From the NCBI RefSeq assembly GCF_009914755.1, contig NC_060933.1: DNA of 64,000 nucleotides. One strand, written 5' to 3'. The stretch is from the human T2T-CHM13v2.0 reference genome, Homo sapiens. Within the stretch, counting starts at the first letter, position 1. The number at the start of each line of letters is the position of its first letter. The notes beneath the pieces were generated by a model. The model made no database searches. It saw only the letters and a list, made by a program, of their open reading frames with translations, and had not been told where the DNA came from. Shown here piece by piece: positions 1 to 16,598 of the stretch. The position numbers and the translations under genes were made by a program.

Positions 1-1374
1 TTAGATAACTGTAGACTTGTTATAGAGATATAACCCAACTTCCACTTCCTCAATTCATTAAAAAGGAAACTGAAGATCAGAGAGATTAAAGGATTACTAA
101 ACCTCTCTTTTTAATTAAATTATATTTTAAACCATAATCCCTCATCCAAATTGTACAGATCCTTTTTGGAATGGTTTTAGAAAAGAACCTCAGTGATTAG
201 AACTCTACTTGACAGATTGGGTTAATCCTTAGATCTTCAAGTGAATTGAGATTAAGCTAAATCATATATTCTCACTATATCTTAAAATAACTAATTTTCT
301 ACCCCAAAAGAACATGCATTTAAGTTGACAGTCTCTTGGTTCTGATTCTGCAGATGTCTCCAGTTTGAACATATGGTGATTGTACTTACCACCTGTGCTG
401 AAATTCTTGCAAACACTGGGGATTTGAGACCAAATGTCAGCCCCAAGTTTGATATATATTGGCTTCGGTAACTCTTTCTCATAACCTTCTCTCAATCTTA
501 AAATAGTTTGAGATTATTATATTTGTCTGAATGTTAGTAAAAATGTCATTACCTTGTGGTGGAGAACAGTATTTGAGCACTTGTGGTGACTTGTTTCAAC
601 TCTAGAATGTTATACTTTTCTTTGTCATTTTGGGTCTTTCTAAGCCACTAACTCCTTTTTGAAATATATTGTAATAATTTTTTTGCATTTTGTTATTTTC
701 ATTTTTATCATTTCATCATCTTATGTGAGTTTAAAGTCATTTGCAAATACCAAAAGAGTAAAGGATTCTCCTTAGGCTCCAACACATTTAACTTTTAGTG
801 CTGAAATACTTTTATGCTGTTCTTATTTTATTGCACCTATCAATATTTATGTATAGTTAAATTCCCTTATAATATTTTCCAAGAGACCAAGCTTTAATAA
901 TATAGGCAGAACAATGTGAAATGTATAATACGGTGAATATTGAGGCAACTTACAATAGTTTGCCTGCAAGTAAGACACTTCTTAGCATAATATATCAGAA
1001 CAAAATATATCTCATCTTATTCCACAGACTTGAAATGGCCACTATACCAAAGCAGGTTTGAAAAAAAATGTTTATAAGCTTTAAAAAGGAGAGTTGAATA
1101 GAATTAATAGAATCAAGGGCTGAAATAGTATACATGGACTTGATGTTTGTAGGCTGATTTTGGTTAGATGTTAAAAATATTTATATCTGATCAAAGTGGT
1201 ATGTGTAGATACATTCCAATTAGTTGATTTTTGGTTCTTCTTTCAAAAATGCTGAACATGAGTTATAGACACATTAAACAGCTTGAGCAAGGTCATTTAG
1301 CAGTGAACTGCCGAAAGAACTAATGGATAGAACAAAGCATTACATCCTACTTCTTAGCTCTGTCTTAAGTATTT

Positions 1375-1545
1375 GTACCACTATAGGCAAGTGACTTGCA
1401 TTAGCTTGGCCCTTTCTAGAAACTCAGTAAGCACTTGATCGACTGAAATATTCAGCCTCAGTTTTGTCATCTCTAAAACTAGAATAATGAAATCTACCCA
1501 TATAATGGGGACAGTTTAGGACTTACATGAAGATACTTGAAAAAG
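1375..1545 (+). mobile_element. MIR SINE fragment
   Basis: GGCAAGTGACTT...AGCCTCAGTTTTGTCATCTCTAAAACTAGAATAAT resembles the MIR core; boundaries approximate. Confidence 0.6.
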
Positions 1546-3285
1546 TTTAATGAGAGAGCAAATAACCATTATTTAGAAATTTAGAATTCTGGTTCCAGAG
1601 CTCAGCTGCCATATTGTTTAACAAACAGAACATAAAGCAAGAGAAGCTGTGCCCACTTGTGGTTAGTCAATATGTGATTGTAAATGAAGAATACTGAAAA
1701 CATTAGAAAAATTATGGAAGAGGAAGAGAGACCATGTAGAAAAAGCCAACCTTGGGAAGAGCAGATGGCGATGTGAGCTAAGACTGACGAAATGCAAGGG
1801 TGATGCCCTCTCTACAGTGAGAGTCAGGAGATAACACTGCCCCTTTGCTTTTGGCACTCTGTGGCACTCTACTTTGGTTTCTGCCTTCAACTTGAACTAA
1901 TTTCTGAAGCAAGCCATACATCATCCCAGTGAAGCTGTGGGTTCACTGGTCGTTAGAGTTCTGTCTTCATATCTCATTGCCAGTATATGGTCTATGGTGA
2001 GTAACCCTTCTATTATCTGCACAGCTGTTGAGTAATATTACGTTAAAACATTACATGGACAATTATGTTCAATTATATAAAATGAATCTATTTTAGCTAA
2101 TGCTTATTCTCTAGGGTTTGTGCATCTTTAGTTACAGGAAGTTTAGTACAGAGTGGCAGATGGCACAACACAATGTTTGTCAGCTAATAAATTTAAATGT
2201 CATGGCATTCTACATTTTTTAGCATGTAGATATCGACGTACAGTATTTCAGTCAAATGCCTAAGCTCACTTTTGAGGTAGAGGAACAATTGTGTTAAACT
2301 TCATTCATCTATAACCTTCTTTTGTGTGATGATGTGACTTTTCAGCTGGAGGGCAAGTGGCATTAAGCCGTAACACTTTCTCCTTCCACTTTGGCCTGCT
2401 GCTGTTCCCCAAGGACAACACCTGTCAGAAGCACTTCTGTGACATTGCCCTCTGGCCTTTCTCTAATATTGCTTTTCCAGTCTCTGTTCTTGCCAGGCGA
2501 TAGTGGCACTGCTGTCACATTTTCTCCCTCAGCCCAGTGATTCTAGCAAACTCTTCAGTAGTACACTAGTAGCATTGTATATTTAATTTGCATCTTGTCC
2601 CTTTTCAAATCTTCTTCTCATTCTGTTGGTTCAAGCTTTTGTTGGGGGGGGGGCAGGTATTTATATTTGACTTGCAGACTAGGAGTCTGGTACAGCTGTT
2701 CCCTCTCTCACTGAGAATGTAGGTTGCCTCTTTTCCAGTCTTTCCCTCTTGTCTTCTTCCCGGAAGGGAAATATCTCTCTGTACAGGCTACCTTGCTGGG
2801 AACTTGTTCTTCTTTGCTTTCAATCTCTTTTAAAACTGGCTGGCCAATGGGACTCATACTTTGTTTCTTTGAGACTAAGGGTTCACCTTTTACCTGGATC
2901 TGAAGACTTCTATGGGATCATCATGCTATAGAAATAATCCTGCTTCCTTCTTTCAGATTTGGCAAATTCCTTTCCATCTCTGACCACATGGCTGCGAGCT
3001 TTAGAAACTCGCATTGCCTTTGAAGTGCACCAGAGGATCCCAGTAAAACTCAGGTTTTGCACTTTTATCAATAGTAACATGCGACACCTCAGCTGTTCCC
3101 CGAAGTCTATACTGTCCTGAAAGTCTATCTCTGTTCTCTCTCTCCCTTTAAGATCCTCCACTGAGCAACTTCATTGTGAAATTGCTTTATATGAAGAAGT
3201 TCACCCCATCCCTTTCTCTCTTTTAAGCAACATTACCTCTTCTGTTTGATGGATTATAAACAGAGTTCCATTGACACGAGGCAGG

Positions 3286-3535
3286 ACGATGGAATGATTA
3301 AGAGCTCAGACCTTGGGGGCAGAGTCTAGGTTTGAAGCCTAGTTCTGTCACATGTTAGTCTAAATTTGGTCAAATTTTTCCCCTTTCAGAGCCTCAGTTT
3401 TCTCATTTGTAGAACGGGGATAGTAAATTATACCTTAGAGAAAGGTTGCGGAAATTAAATAAGATAAATCATTTACAGCATATACCATGGTGCATGACAC
3501 AGGGTAAACAATCAATGAAGTGTAGCTATTATGAT
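3286..3535 (+). mobile_element. MIR SINE, near full length
   Basis: ATTAAGAGCTCAGAC...GAGCCTCAGTTTTCTCATTTGTAGAACGGGGATAGTAA...AATTAAATAAGATAA...CAATGAAGTGTAGCTATTAT follows the MIR consensus layout. Confidence 0.8.
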
Positions 3536-3611
3536 GATTGGGATGGAATTAATTTTGACATCAGAATTTATTCATTTAGTAAATCAGTATTAAGCTAATA
3601 ATAATAACTAA

Positions 3612-3935
<324 letters not shown>

Positions 3936-4230
3936 ATGACTCCACTCGTATATATTTATGTTCGTCTCTGGAGTTTATGTTCTAGAATTTCTGCAGTTAC
4001 TTTGGAGTTCATGGATTTCTTGTACATGCACCCAGCTCTGTGGGAAAGGGAGGACCACTGGCCCGGAGTGAAAATGTGGCTCCGTCACTAACTCTTGCGT
4101 GCCTTTAGACAACTCATTTATCTCTCTATGCTTTGGTTTCCTTATTTGCTAATGGTGACAATATCTCCCATTTAGTGAGCTAATAAAGGTGAAATTGAAA
4201 TCGTACTCCCAAGAGATAAAGCAACCAATG

Positions 4231-4679
4231 TGTAGTAGAAATTCCTGCGCTTGCAGGATGGTAGATTACAAAAAAACAGAAACAACTTGGTGAAACCCTG
4301 AAACTCCCTCTGCTTGTTAAATAACAAAACTGGCTAAAATAAGTTGGAACCAATAAGGCCAAATGAAGTCTGTGCAGATCAAGCGTGCCAACTTCACAGC
4401 CCAAATTTCTGCTGCATATTTCATACTAACTCTTCCCAAGTTTGTACATGGAACTCATAAGGAGGCATGAAGAAATAATGGCAGATGTTTAGGGACTTTC
4501 TAGACCTCCCCTTTCTTTCAACCAATCACCTACTAATCCCAGAATCCACCCCCTAAACCTTTCTAATAAAATTACTGCCTTAAAGCCAGCACAGGGAGAC
4601 AGATTTGAGCTGGACACCTGTTTCCTCATTAGCCAGCTTGCAATAAAAAGCTTTTCATTTTTCAAAAACTTAGTGTCAT
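4231..4679 (+). mobile_element. ERV1-class solo LTR (MER66-like), 3' end missing
   Basis: CCAATCACC, AAAGCCAGCACAGGGAGACAGATTTGAGC and AATAAAAAGCTTTTC are typical of MER4-group LTRs; no terminal CA, abuts L1; start approximate. Confidence 0.7.
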
Positions 4680-7481
<2,802 letters not shown>

Positions 7482-10400
7482 TATACCAAGGCTACATCCA
7501 ACTGTATTGCATTTATTTTCTTGTATAGGATAGGCAAGGATTAGAAAAATGAAAATATAAACTTTTTGAGAGTGATGGAAATGTAGGTGGTTTTGTGTTT
7601 TATCTTTTTAATGTTTTTGGGTATAATGTCTTTGCAACCAGACCCTTGTTTTGGGCAATGCTAAGGAGGAATGGTGATTGATTGTGTGAATAAAGGCTTT
7701 TAGTGTTTCTTATTTTCAGACTGGGGCAACCTAAATGAGACTTTGTTTATTCTGTTCAGTAACTTTTTGCTCTTTTCTTTTGCAGGAGGCTGGAGTCAGT
7801 TATTGGGGTGAATTACAGGGATTTAGATACAAAAATCTCTTAGAAAGCCAAGAAAATATTTCTGTTCTAATGCAGTTGCAGCAAAAAGACACCAAATGTA
7901 GGTCAACGGGCAAGGAAAATTGTTGTTTTCCTTGGAGATGACACTGAGAATAACAGGTATGCTGAGTGGCAGCTTTATCTGGGGATAGTGTCATGACTGA
8001 TGACATGATAGTGTATGTGACCTTGAATATCCTCAGAATGCACTGAAACTGAAGGTGTCACTGATTTGACGTAAGTGGAAATTCTGGAGATTTTGCAAAT
8101 TCTAGTTATCCCAGTTAGTCAAGGGCCATGGTCAGATATGTCTCTGAACTAAAAGAATGTATCATCTTAGGGACAAGAGGACTGGGTTTTAATGAACCTT
8201 TCTAAGAATGGCAGGTTCCCAGTCCAACCAGGAAGAGTTGTCAAAAGTGGAAACAACTGGCAGGAGAGGAGGTAAGAGAAGCTGCCCTGGCGGCTGGAGG
8301 TCAGCACTGCTCACCTTTGCTTAAGCAAGTATGTGAATAGACTTTGTTGACCTATGATTTGGGTGTCATGGGTCTCAGGTCCCTCAGTGTGGGGTGAGGG
8401 AAAGCATGGAGGGGAGAAATGGTGGTGTTGCAATGATTGTATTTTCTAATATGCTTGAGGCAGCACAGAACCTAGAGAGCCCAGGGCCTAATGTCTTTGA
8501 GCTGCTCTTCCGTGGTCCCCTGTGTCAGACATTCTTACCTGTCCACAGCCTGCACTTACAGTGCTAGAAACAGAAATAGAGGGATACATTTATTTTAGTG
8601 GATTCCTTCCCCTTTATATGCTTCACTGTGGCCATCAAGGAACAAAGAGGAAGGGAAATTTGAGACTATCTAGTTATAACACCTTCACTTTTTAAGAGAA
8701 TTTCTTTCTCCACACCCTCTTTGTTTTTCATTTCTTCTTGTCTTTTTTATTTAAATCAGAAAATAAAGTCATTCTGATGAAAAAAGAAATAGAAGCTCTT
8801 ACAGTGTTGCTTTGTGAACAGAGAACGGTTCTTAGACAAGCCAGTCCCTACCTCCTGGCCCAGCAGCTGCTTGCCTCTGGCCAGAACTTGCTGCCAGCCT
8901 GACAGCCACCAGCAGGAACTGGCATCTCTAGTTATGTTTTCTGACTTAGGGAAGATAGGCAGAGGTTTAATGTAGTGGAATATGATTCGGCCAGGGTTTT
9001 GGACAGAATGAGACTGTGGAGATCTGTATTATCTGAGGATGAAGGACAATAGAGGCATAAGAGACAGGAAATGGCCCAGGGAAAAGAACGAGTGAGAGAG
9101 AATTGGGAATGTGGTGAATGGGGGTGAGTGTGCCAAGGCATTGGCCTCTACTGGGAGCATAAAAGACTGAAATATTGACAGCTCAGGTACTGGGCAAATG
9201 GAACTGGAAGTGATAAACAAATGTCCCTATCTCATGGTGCAGAAAGACGGTGGCCCAGGCAGTCTGGCTCATGATCCTGTAGACTCTCTCTCTTGATTTG
9301 AGGTCCTGAGAACTGAGGTTCCTTTAGGATGCTAGCTGATGTACACTGGTTTTCAAAGTAGGAGACATTTCAGAAATAGGACCAGGTCTTCTTTAAGGAA
9401 AATCAATCTCTCCTCTTTTTCCTTTCTTCTTTTCGATTCTTAACCTCTCTCCATTTGTTCTCCTGATAGAAAAAAATCACAGATGGGATGAAGATCAACT
9501 GTAGGCAGGAAGCCAGAGTGAATGCAGGCGAGAGGAGTGGACCTTCTGTGGGAAATGTGGAGCCAGGAAACATGGACCATATGTGTCTGGATTTCCATAT
9601 CTCGAGTGAGGCCATTGAATCCTGAAAAGGATGAGAGCCCTGGAAAACCTGCGGGAATGAAAGGAAGCCAAAGGGGAGGTTTTTTAAGCAAAGGCAGGAC
9701 TGAGATGGCTATTAGCACAGTGTAGTGGCGGGCTCTGGGAAGCCAGTTTTGATAGTCGGTGAGAGAAAGCAGTGTGCATTCAGGAAATGAGAGCAGTTCA
9801 TGGCGCTTTGCACAAAAGCCCTTGTATGCCCTGAGAAAGCACTTAGACTTTATCTGAGAGTCAGAGTGGACCACTCTGGTATCAGTTAGCTCAATGAGGC
9901 AGGCAATGGATTGAGATGCCTTAGGACAGAGGTATAGGAAAGCCAGAGTCAGAGAAAGCTGTTAGGAGGATTAGCAGGAAACCAGGCAAGAAATACAAAG
10001 GCCATAACCTGAGGCAGAAACAGAATGGAGAGGCAGGTGGTGAAGGGGAAAGGAGGCTCAGGGTTTCTCCCAAGATGACGAAAGGGAAACTTGGGTTTCG
10101 TGCTCCCTCTGGGATAAACAATTTCTCCAAAATAATTGATTCATAAGAAACCAAAAGGTATTAAATAAATAAATGTTATCTCTCTTTCCAAACTAAAGTT
10201 CTAGACAAGCTGGAGAACAGACAAGGAAGAAGAGAAGAATCCAGAAGGAAGGGCTGTCACTTCTAAACAAAACCTGAGGGCGATAAAACCCTCCTCGGGC
10301 TATGGCCACCGCCAGGAGAGGTTTGGGTCATTGCTGTTGTACAAATGCCCCTTCCCTTAATCTCCTGGGTGACATCTAAGACTGGAGCACTGAGATGAGT

Positions 10401-11339
10401 TTTCATGAAGGCTGGAGGGAAACAAAGGGGAAATAAACATTTGGTAGCATGTAATTAGAGAATCTGGCTTATAAGAGATGACTGCCTGCTAAGGACACAG
10501 AATCAGTCACCTCAACTCCACAATTTGAGAGAGAAAGATCCAGAGGAAAGAAGTAGTCGGTCCTGAAGACAACAATGACCTGTCCTCTAGCAACCACCTC
10601 ATCTTAGTTCTTGACATTCAGAATAGCAACTTCCTGCTGGGGTGACTAGATGGATAGATAGATGCATGGGATCTACAGGATTTCCTTATGGTTTTTTTTG
10701 GCCCTTTTGTAACTTGCCTCAAATTCAGGGGAGCCTCAAGTCCCAGGGAATGTGTCACCTCAGGAGAAGGGAAACAATTGGATGTGAAATTTTCCAATGT
10801 TTCAGTGACTGGCATCAATTCTAGAGAGTAATTTCTAGAATCACTTTGATAATTTAGTGTTTAGCAGAGGCTGGTGGACTAGAGATAAATGGCTAAAGGT
10901 GAGTAGAGGGAATTCCACTGGTACTGGTGGGGTAGGCTGTGATGTGATCCCATTTATAAATAGGACAGATGGCACAATGGGGATATGGATTTGGAACAGC
11001 AAAAGGTGAAACATTGGTCCTGCTACTCCCTGATTTATGTCTGAACCCCTATCTCCTCAGAGCTCAGCTGGGATAGACAGAGAAAGTCTCTGACTTGCAG
11101 AGAAACAAATTCATTCCTGGCAGGGACTGGGTTCTCTCCAGGTTATAGACCTAGCACACCAAGGGAATGATGTTTATTTTCCCTTCTCACCAGCAGGGGC
11201 ACAGAGGGAACAGCTTTAAATCCAGATGGCCAGGACTGTGCTGGAAAGAAGGGACCGATAGCAAGCCATAAAAAGTAATACAGAGCTTTTTTTTTTTTTT
11301 CTTAGTCCAATCTGTCCTTTGGACACTTGTGTAGCACTA

Positions 11340-11585
11340 ACAACAACAATAGCTTCTAATAATTATTCTCTTAATTTGTGCAATGCTTTTTACAGGTAAT
11401 ATCTCATAAAATTTTAAAATAATCGATAAGAAAGACGTTACCTTCCCAATTTCGTGCATGATGAGTCAAGATTGGAGAGGTTCAGTAAGTTGTTCAAGGT
11501 CACTCAGCTAGTAACTGCCAAAGTTGTTAGAATCTCCAGTCAGTCTGACAGTGGCATCCTTGTTATTTGATCCAGTGCATTGCTG
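11340..11585 (-). mobile_element. MIR SINE
   Basis: GAGAGGTTCAGTAAGTTGTTCAAGGTCACTCAGCTAGTAA is reverse-strand MIR core. Confidence 0.7.
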
Positions 11586-14500
11586 TCCCTCTTTTAGCCA
11601 TTTTTGTCCCTGCCTCTCTTGGTCATTTATGACTCTGAAGGACCTGAATGTCAGAAGGAGAGGAGTACAGAAACAGCTCACGGACAGCAAAAACCCCTCT
11701 GTGCACTGGGATGATCCTGCATCCACTTCTGTGAGATTATCTGCAGATCTGCTCACGTGTTTCTCAGGGGACTCTGAGACCCCAGAGAATGTCTCCAGCC
11801 TTGCAACTGGAATGGGAAGGGCACGGAAGTATAGCTCTTAGTAAGGAATGAGTGAATGAACCAACAGATGTTGCTGCTGACTATAAGGACAGTCAAGAAG
11901 CCATCACGCACATATTTGACAAACTTTTGTGGGGCATAGGGGTTTCTCTGTAGTCTAGACATTAGAAATACACTGACAGGGCAGATTTTGGCTTACTGTA
12001 GAAAAGTAATTTCTAAGACCTGGTGTTGTCCATGGAAAAAATGGGCTGCCTCTATTTCAATGCCTGTCAGGCATTTTAGAAAGGTGATTGCTGTTGTAAG
12101 AATTTGGGCAGATGGCTTCCAAGATCCCTCCCAATATTAAAATTCTGGTATCTAAAGCTCTTGAAAACTTTATTTCAGACCCCATCTGGCTAAATTTGTT
12201 GATGAATAAATGAATAGGAATTTATATTTGAAGGTAGTTACTGTATTTTAGACACCCTATCAGATTTGTTGATTGAATAAATGAACGACAAGCTAGACCC
12301 TGAGGTTCTCCACCTGTGGGTACACCACATTCTCCTCATCCCCCATGTTCTGTGATCTCACTTCCAACAGGCAGGGCTGAGACTCCCTTGCTCAGCACTG
12401 CCCTGCAGGCCCTCAGGGCACAGATATCCTCAGGCATTCACAATGACTGTGAGGAGATCAAAGTGAAAGGGGCCAGGGAAGTCTGGCAGCTCTGGTGGGC
12501 TGCAGTTTTCATCTCCCTGGGGCAGAAGAGAGAGCAGCCTCTGGGTGACACAGCCTGACTGGTGCCTGGGAGGAACAGGCGTGGGCAGAGCCATGTGCAT
12601 GACAGGGAGAGGTGGAGACTGGGGATGAAGTCAGGATCTTATTGTCCTTGGAGGTAATGTCTGTGGTTCTGGAAAGCTCTTTACAGAAATCTTTCTCTCC
12701 TCAGCTTCCCAGGGGCTCAAATTCTTTTCATGGAGAAAAAGCCTTTCATCATAAGATGAAATTCAAGAGTGTCAAAAGCAAATGACTCTTGATCAACATC
12801 TAAGCTAGAGTGAAGTGGAACCTCTCTGAGGTAGCTTATTACGGGGAGAAATGGGGGAAAAGGTGGGAAGATTCCACACTAATGAAAGGAAGCACTGTGG
12901 GGGAGGGAAAAGGCTGCCAGAGGACCAGAGCCACCAAGACATCTGAGGACTAATTTTCCTCTCACAGTTTTTCCTCAGCTAGAGGGAGAGGGTGTTTGAG
13001 AAAGGTCTCATTGGTCTAATGACAGAAGGTTGAATTTAAATAATGCTTCAAACCTCAGGATGTACTCTAAACTTTTGACCCAGTAAATCGTGCCTGGGAT
13101 ATTTTGGGCAGCCCTGAAGCATCTCCTGAGGGATCTTTGAGAGCACAGTACCCAGAGGGCACCTTCAAAGGTGTGGCAGATGACTGTCTCTGCTCCTGCC
13201 TCTCCTCATCCGAGCTGCTTTTAGCACTTAGCCAGAGGGACCTTCCTCACGGGCACCTCTGGCGGACACAGAGCACCCACCATGTACCGACAGTGGCTTT
13301 GTGCCACCAACCAAAGCAAGTTTAAAAGCTTCGTCTTGCCAGAAATTTTAATTTCCTTGGAAAATACAAATGTCTGGTAACAAGTGTTTTTCATAACAAC
13401 TTTGTGTTTTTTACAGAGAATGGAGTCACAATTTTGGTTTGCATAGATATGAAAACTCTAGGTATGATAGAAAGCTTGATTATGCATTTAACCAAACGCT
13501 TTCACTAGTTGTAATTTTGGTTCCCAAATGCATTCACCCCAGTTTAAGCCTATTACTTCTGGCCAAGGAACCTCTAAGGCTCCCTATTGCTTTCAGTTTG
13601 AGGCCATTAGCTTCTCTGATAAGTGGAAACACTACATACTCCACTGATTCTCACCCCTATGAGTCGGAAATGTGCACTCTCTCCTTCACACTGCACTTCT
13701 CCATTCTGGTTGGCTTTTTCCTTTTTCAGGAATATCGTCCTTTCCTTTATTTGCTATCCAAATTATTCTCATTCCTCTCCTTCTGCCAGAGGTGTCTCCC
13801 TGTCTCAGAAGCCTGCCCCGTTCGTATCATCCCTTCCCGTTGCTCCCTTCTCTTCCTAGAGCACTTGCAGTTTTCACCACTCAACTGAGCTTCACTTTTT
13901 TCTGAAAATCCTGATTCGTGTGTCCTTGTCTTAGCGGAACAAGAGTACTTCTTGCCTGGAGCTGGACTTAATAGGCATATATGTTGTTTTCTTCAAGTGG
14001 GGGAAAATCCATTAGTCTAACCCCTACCTACCCTTCAACCTCCTCATTCATAAAGATGTGAGTGAAGATCAGAGTGATTTATCCGATTGGCAAATTCAAG
14101 AAGAGCAAACTGTGTGCAAGTAGCCCTGCTCTTTTTTTCCCTCTTCTCTTTGGAAGGCTGCAGAAAATATTAATTCTCCACTCTTCCGCCAAGAGGAAGT
14201 CTTCTCCAGTTCTCTTGGGAGAAGTGTGCAAATCTGCCTGATGTGATGTCTGACTTTCAGGCATACGTATTCTTGCTCACTAAGCTACATCTTTCAATCT
14301 AACCATAATCTGTCATTCCTTTGTTTTATTTTTCAGTTTATTCAGTGCTTGCATGAGGAAAAGAGGTGGCATTTATTGGGGATGCTAAAACAAGGAAGTG
14401 ACAGTCTTGGCAAAGGTCAGTTGATGCAGGAGGCAGCCATCACCCATAGTGCATGGCAAAGGCCCTGTATGGCTGCTGCATCTCATTTTATTTTGAACAG

Positions 14501-15457
14501 GCTAAATCTCAGCATAAGACCACTCCAAAACAGACTCTTGACTCCCAGAGGGGGTCATCTGGTAGGCAGAGTTTTTGGTTTGCATCCATCTGGATGCTCA
14601 GTATTCCGGCCAAATAATGTATCTTGGTTTTGGCACTGTAAACGTTTAGATTTCCTCCTGATAAAAAGTGTCCAAGAGATTTAGATGCTTGGAGATGCTG
14701 CTCCTGGAACCCAACATGGGCCTGGATCAGTGGGAGATGCTGGTTTTGTAGTTTACCACAGCTGGAGGCCCCATTGTCCAGCCCACTTGAACCCTGTGGT
14801 CAACTCTGAGTGAGAAACAGAGACCAGGATCAGGTTTCACATACTTCAGAATATAAATTTTAGATTAAGTGTTCCCTCAGTCAACAGCCTTCCCTATTTG
14901 TATTGTCAGCAGCATGTAGACTTGTAAAGTTACAAGAGAAGATCAAGAACCATGTACCAGAGTTGAGATATTGCCATTAGGCTGATAAGAGATTTACTGG
15001 GTTTGGAATTAGAGGCCAATAACAAAGCAACAACAACTCAAGACTTCATAAAGTCTTAATTTGTTCTCAAGAGATTTAGGTATTAGGTGGATCAAAGAGC
15101 AAAGTTAGTTAAAGGATGCATCGTTAAGCTTCAATTCCTCCTCTATCTCAGGCAGGGTATTAGATTGGATGATGCAGACCTGCAGATGACTGGGAAAACC
15201 TGCTACCCAGGTTCTGGCAGATTCCCAGCTGACAGGTGGGAGTGTAATATAGAGTATCAGGCATGGTTATTTTAAGAGTTTGCATGGACAGACCACATTT
15301 GGGTTTAGGCACACTTAGGATAGAGGGCATGGGATTGTGCTCAAGAAGTGAAATAAAGTGACTTTCAGAGAAAGTTTTGCATTTAGGATCTCACTTTATA
15401 GCTCCATATGTCTCCTGCACTCCAGGTTTGCACACCCAGACCTCTTCACAGGTTGGT

Positions 15458-15571
15458 TAGGATAACCAATTCATCCCATTTTGCCTGGGATTTTCCTAGT
15501 TTTAGCACTGCAAGTCTGGCATCGTGGTAAACCTCTCAGTGCTGGGCAAGCTAGGATAGCTGGTCACTCTA
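15458..15571. mobile_element. MER81-like hAT MITE
   Basis: 114 bp with degenerate terminal inverted repeats TAGGATAACCA...TGGTCACTCTA and internal GTTTTAGCACTGCAAGTC. Confidence 0.75.
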
Positions 15572-16194
15572 TAATGTGACATAAGAATGGTTGGTCATGA
15601 GATGTTTGTTGAGTGGATAGGGCACGTGGGTAAGTACTGCGACACCAGTGCAAGTGTCATGCAGAGGAAAAAACACATGCTTCAGCCTGAGGTAGACTTG
15701 GGTAAAAATTCTCATCCTGAATTCCTAACTGTGTAATCTTCAATAAGTTATTGATCTTCTCTGAGACATAATGTGTATAAAGTATCTGAGATAGAACATT
15801 AATATCAGCTGCTCAATTAATGGTAGGTGTTATTATATGACTTGAGACATAACAGTGATAATAAGGAGAAGATTGTAATCAGTTGCTCCTGATTCATACA
15901 GAGGTACACAGAGACATAGAAAAGTCTTGTATGAGACCAAGGACCCTTTTGAGGTCTTGATGTCTAGTGTAGTTTTATGACCTGAGTCTTGCTAGGGTAT
16001 GTGGATTCAGAAGTATCTCTGTATTGCTTTTCATGCCACTGTGGAGACACTTGGGAGAAAAGAAAGCAGGATTCTCTCTACTCTTCCAATGTCATCCTTT
16101 GTGACATTTTGTTTTCTAGGGGTTCATGCCACCTAATGGTGAGCTACCATTTGGTGCTGTGTGGAAGGAAGGTGATTGGCTTATGCTACAGGGG

Positions 16195-16400
16195 ACATAG
16201 TTTCACAGGCTTGGAGAATATCGGAGACTGGAGGGGTCTCGGAGTGTATCTAGGTCAATCCCTTCATTTTATGTGTGAGCAAACTGGGTAGGACTCAGGG
16301 AAATAAAGTGACTTGTCCAATATTATTCAATGAATTAGTGGCGAGCTAGGACCAGAATTGAGGTCTCTTGATAACTAGTGAGAATGTTCTCCATCATATG
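16195..16400 (-). mobile_element. MIR/MIR3 SINE
   Basis: ATCTAGGTCAATCCCTTCATTTTATGTGTGAGCAAACTG...AAGTGACTTGTCCAA...TTAGTGGCGAGCTAGGACCAGAA. Confidence 0.7.
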
Positions 16401-16422
16401 GGCAGCCTCTCCTCAGCCACAT

Positions 16423-16598
16423 CTTCCTTTACCTTTGCTCTTGTTCATAGCAACTTATAGACTTGAACTGAAAGTCTAAGTTGAACTTCCTTTATCTTTG
16501 CTCTTGTTCATAACAACTTACAGACCAAACTGAATGTCTGAGTTGAACTTCCTTTATCTTTGCTCTTGTTGATAGCAACTTTTAGACTCAAAGTGAAG
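16423..16598. repeat. ~62-63 bp tandem repeat, ~2.8 copies
   Basis: Units start at 16423, 16486 and 16548 with CTTCCTTTA(C/T)CTTTGCTCTTGTT(C/G)ATA(G/A)CAACTT. Confidence 0.95.

Noticed and set aside
13439-13905. Three overlapping hydrophobic ORFs (up to 149 aa)
   Set aside because: Pyrimidine-rich strand composition suppresses stops and yields L/S/F/P-rich peptides; no recognisable domain.
16423-16598. CRISPR-like repeat/spacer appearance
   Set aside because: The 'spacers' are similar to each other, the DNA is human and there are no cas genes; it is a diverged tandem repeat.
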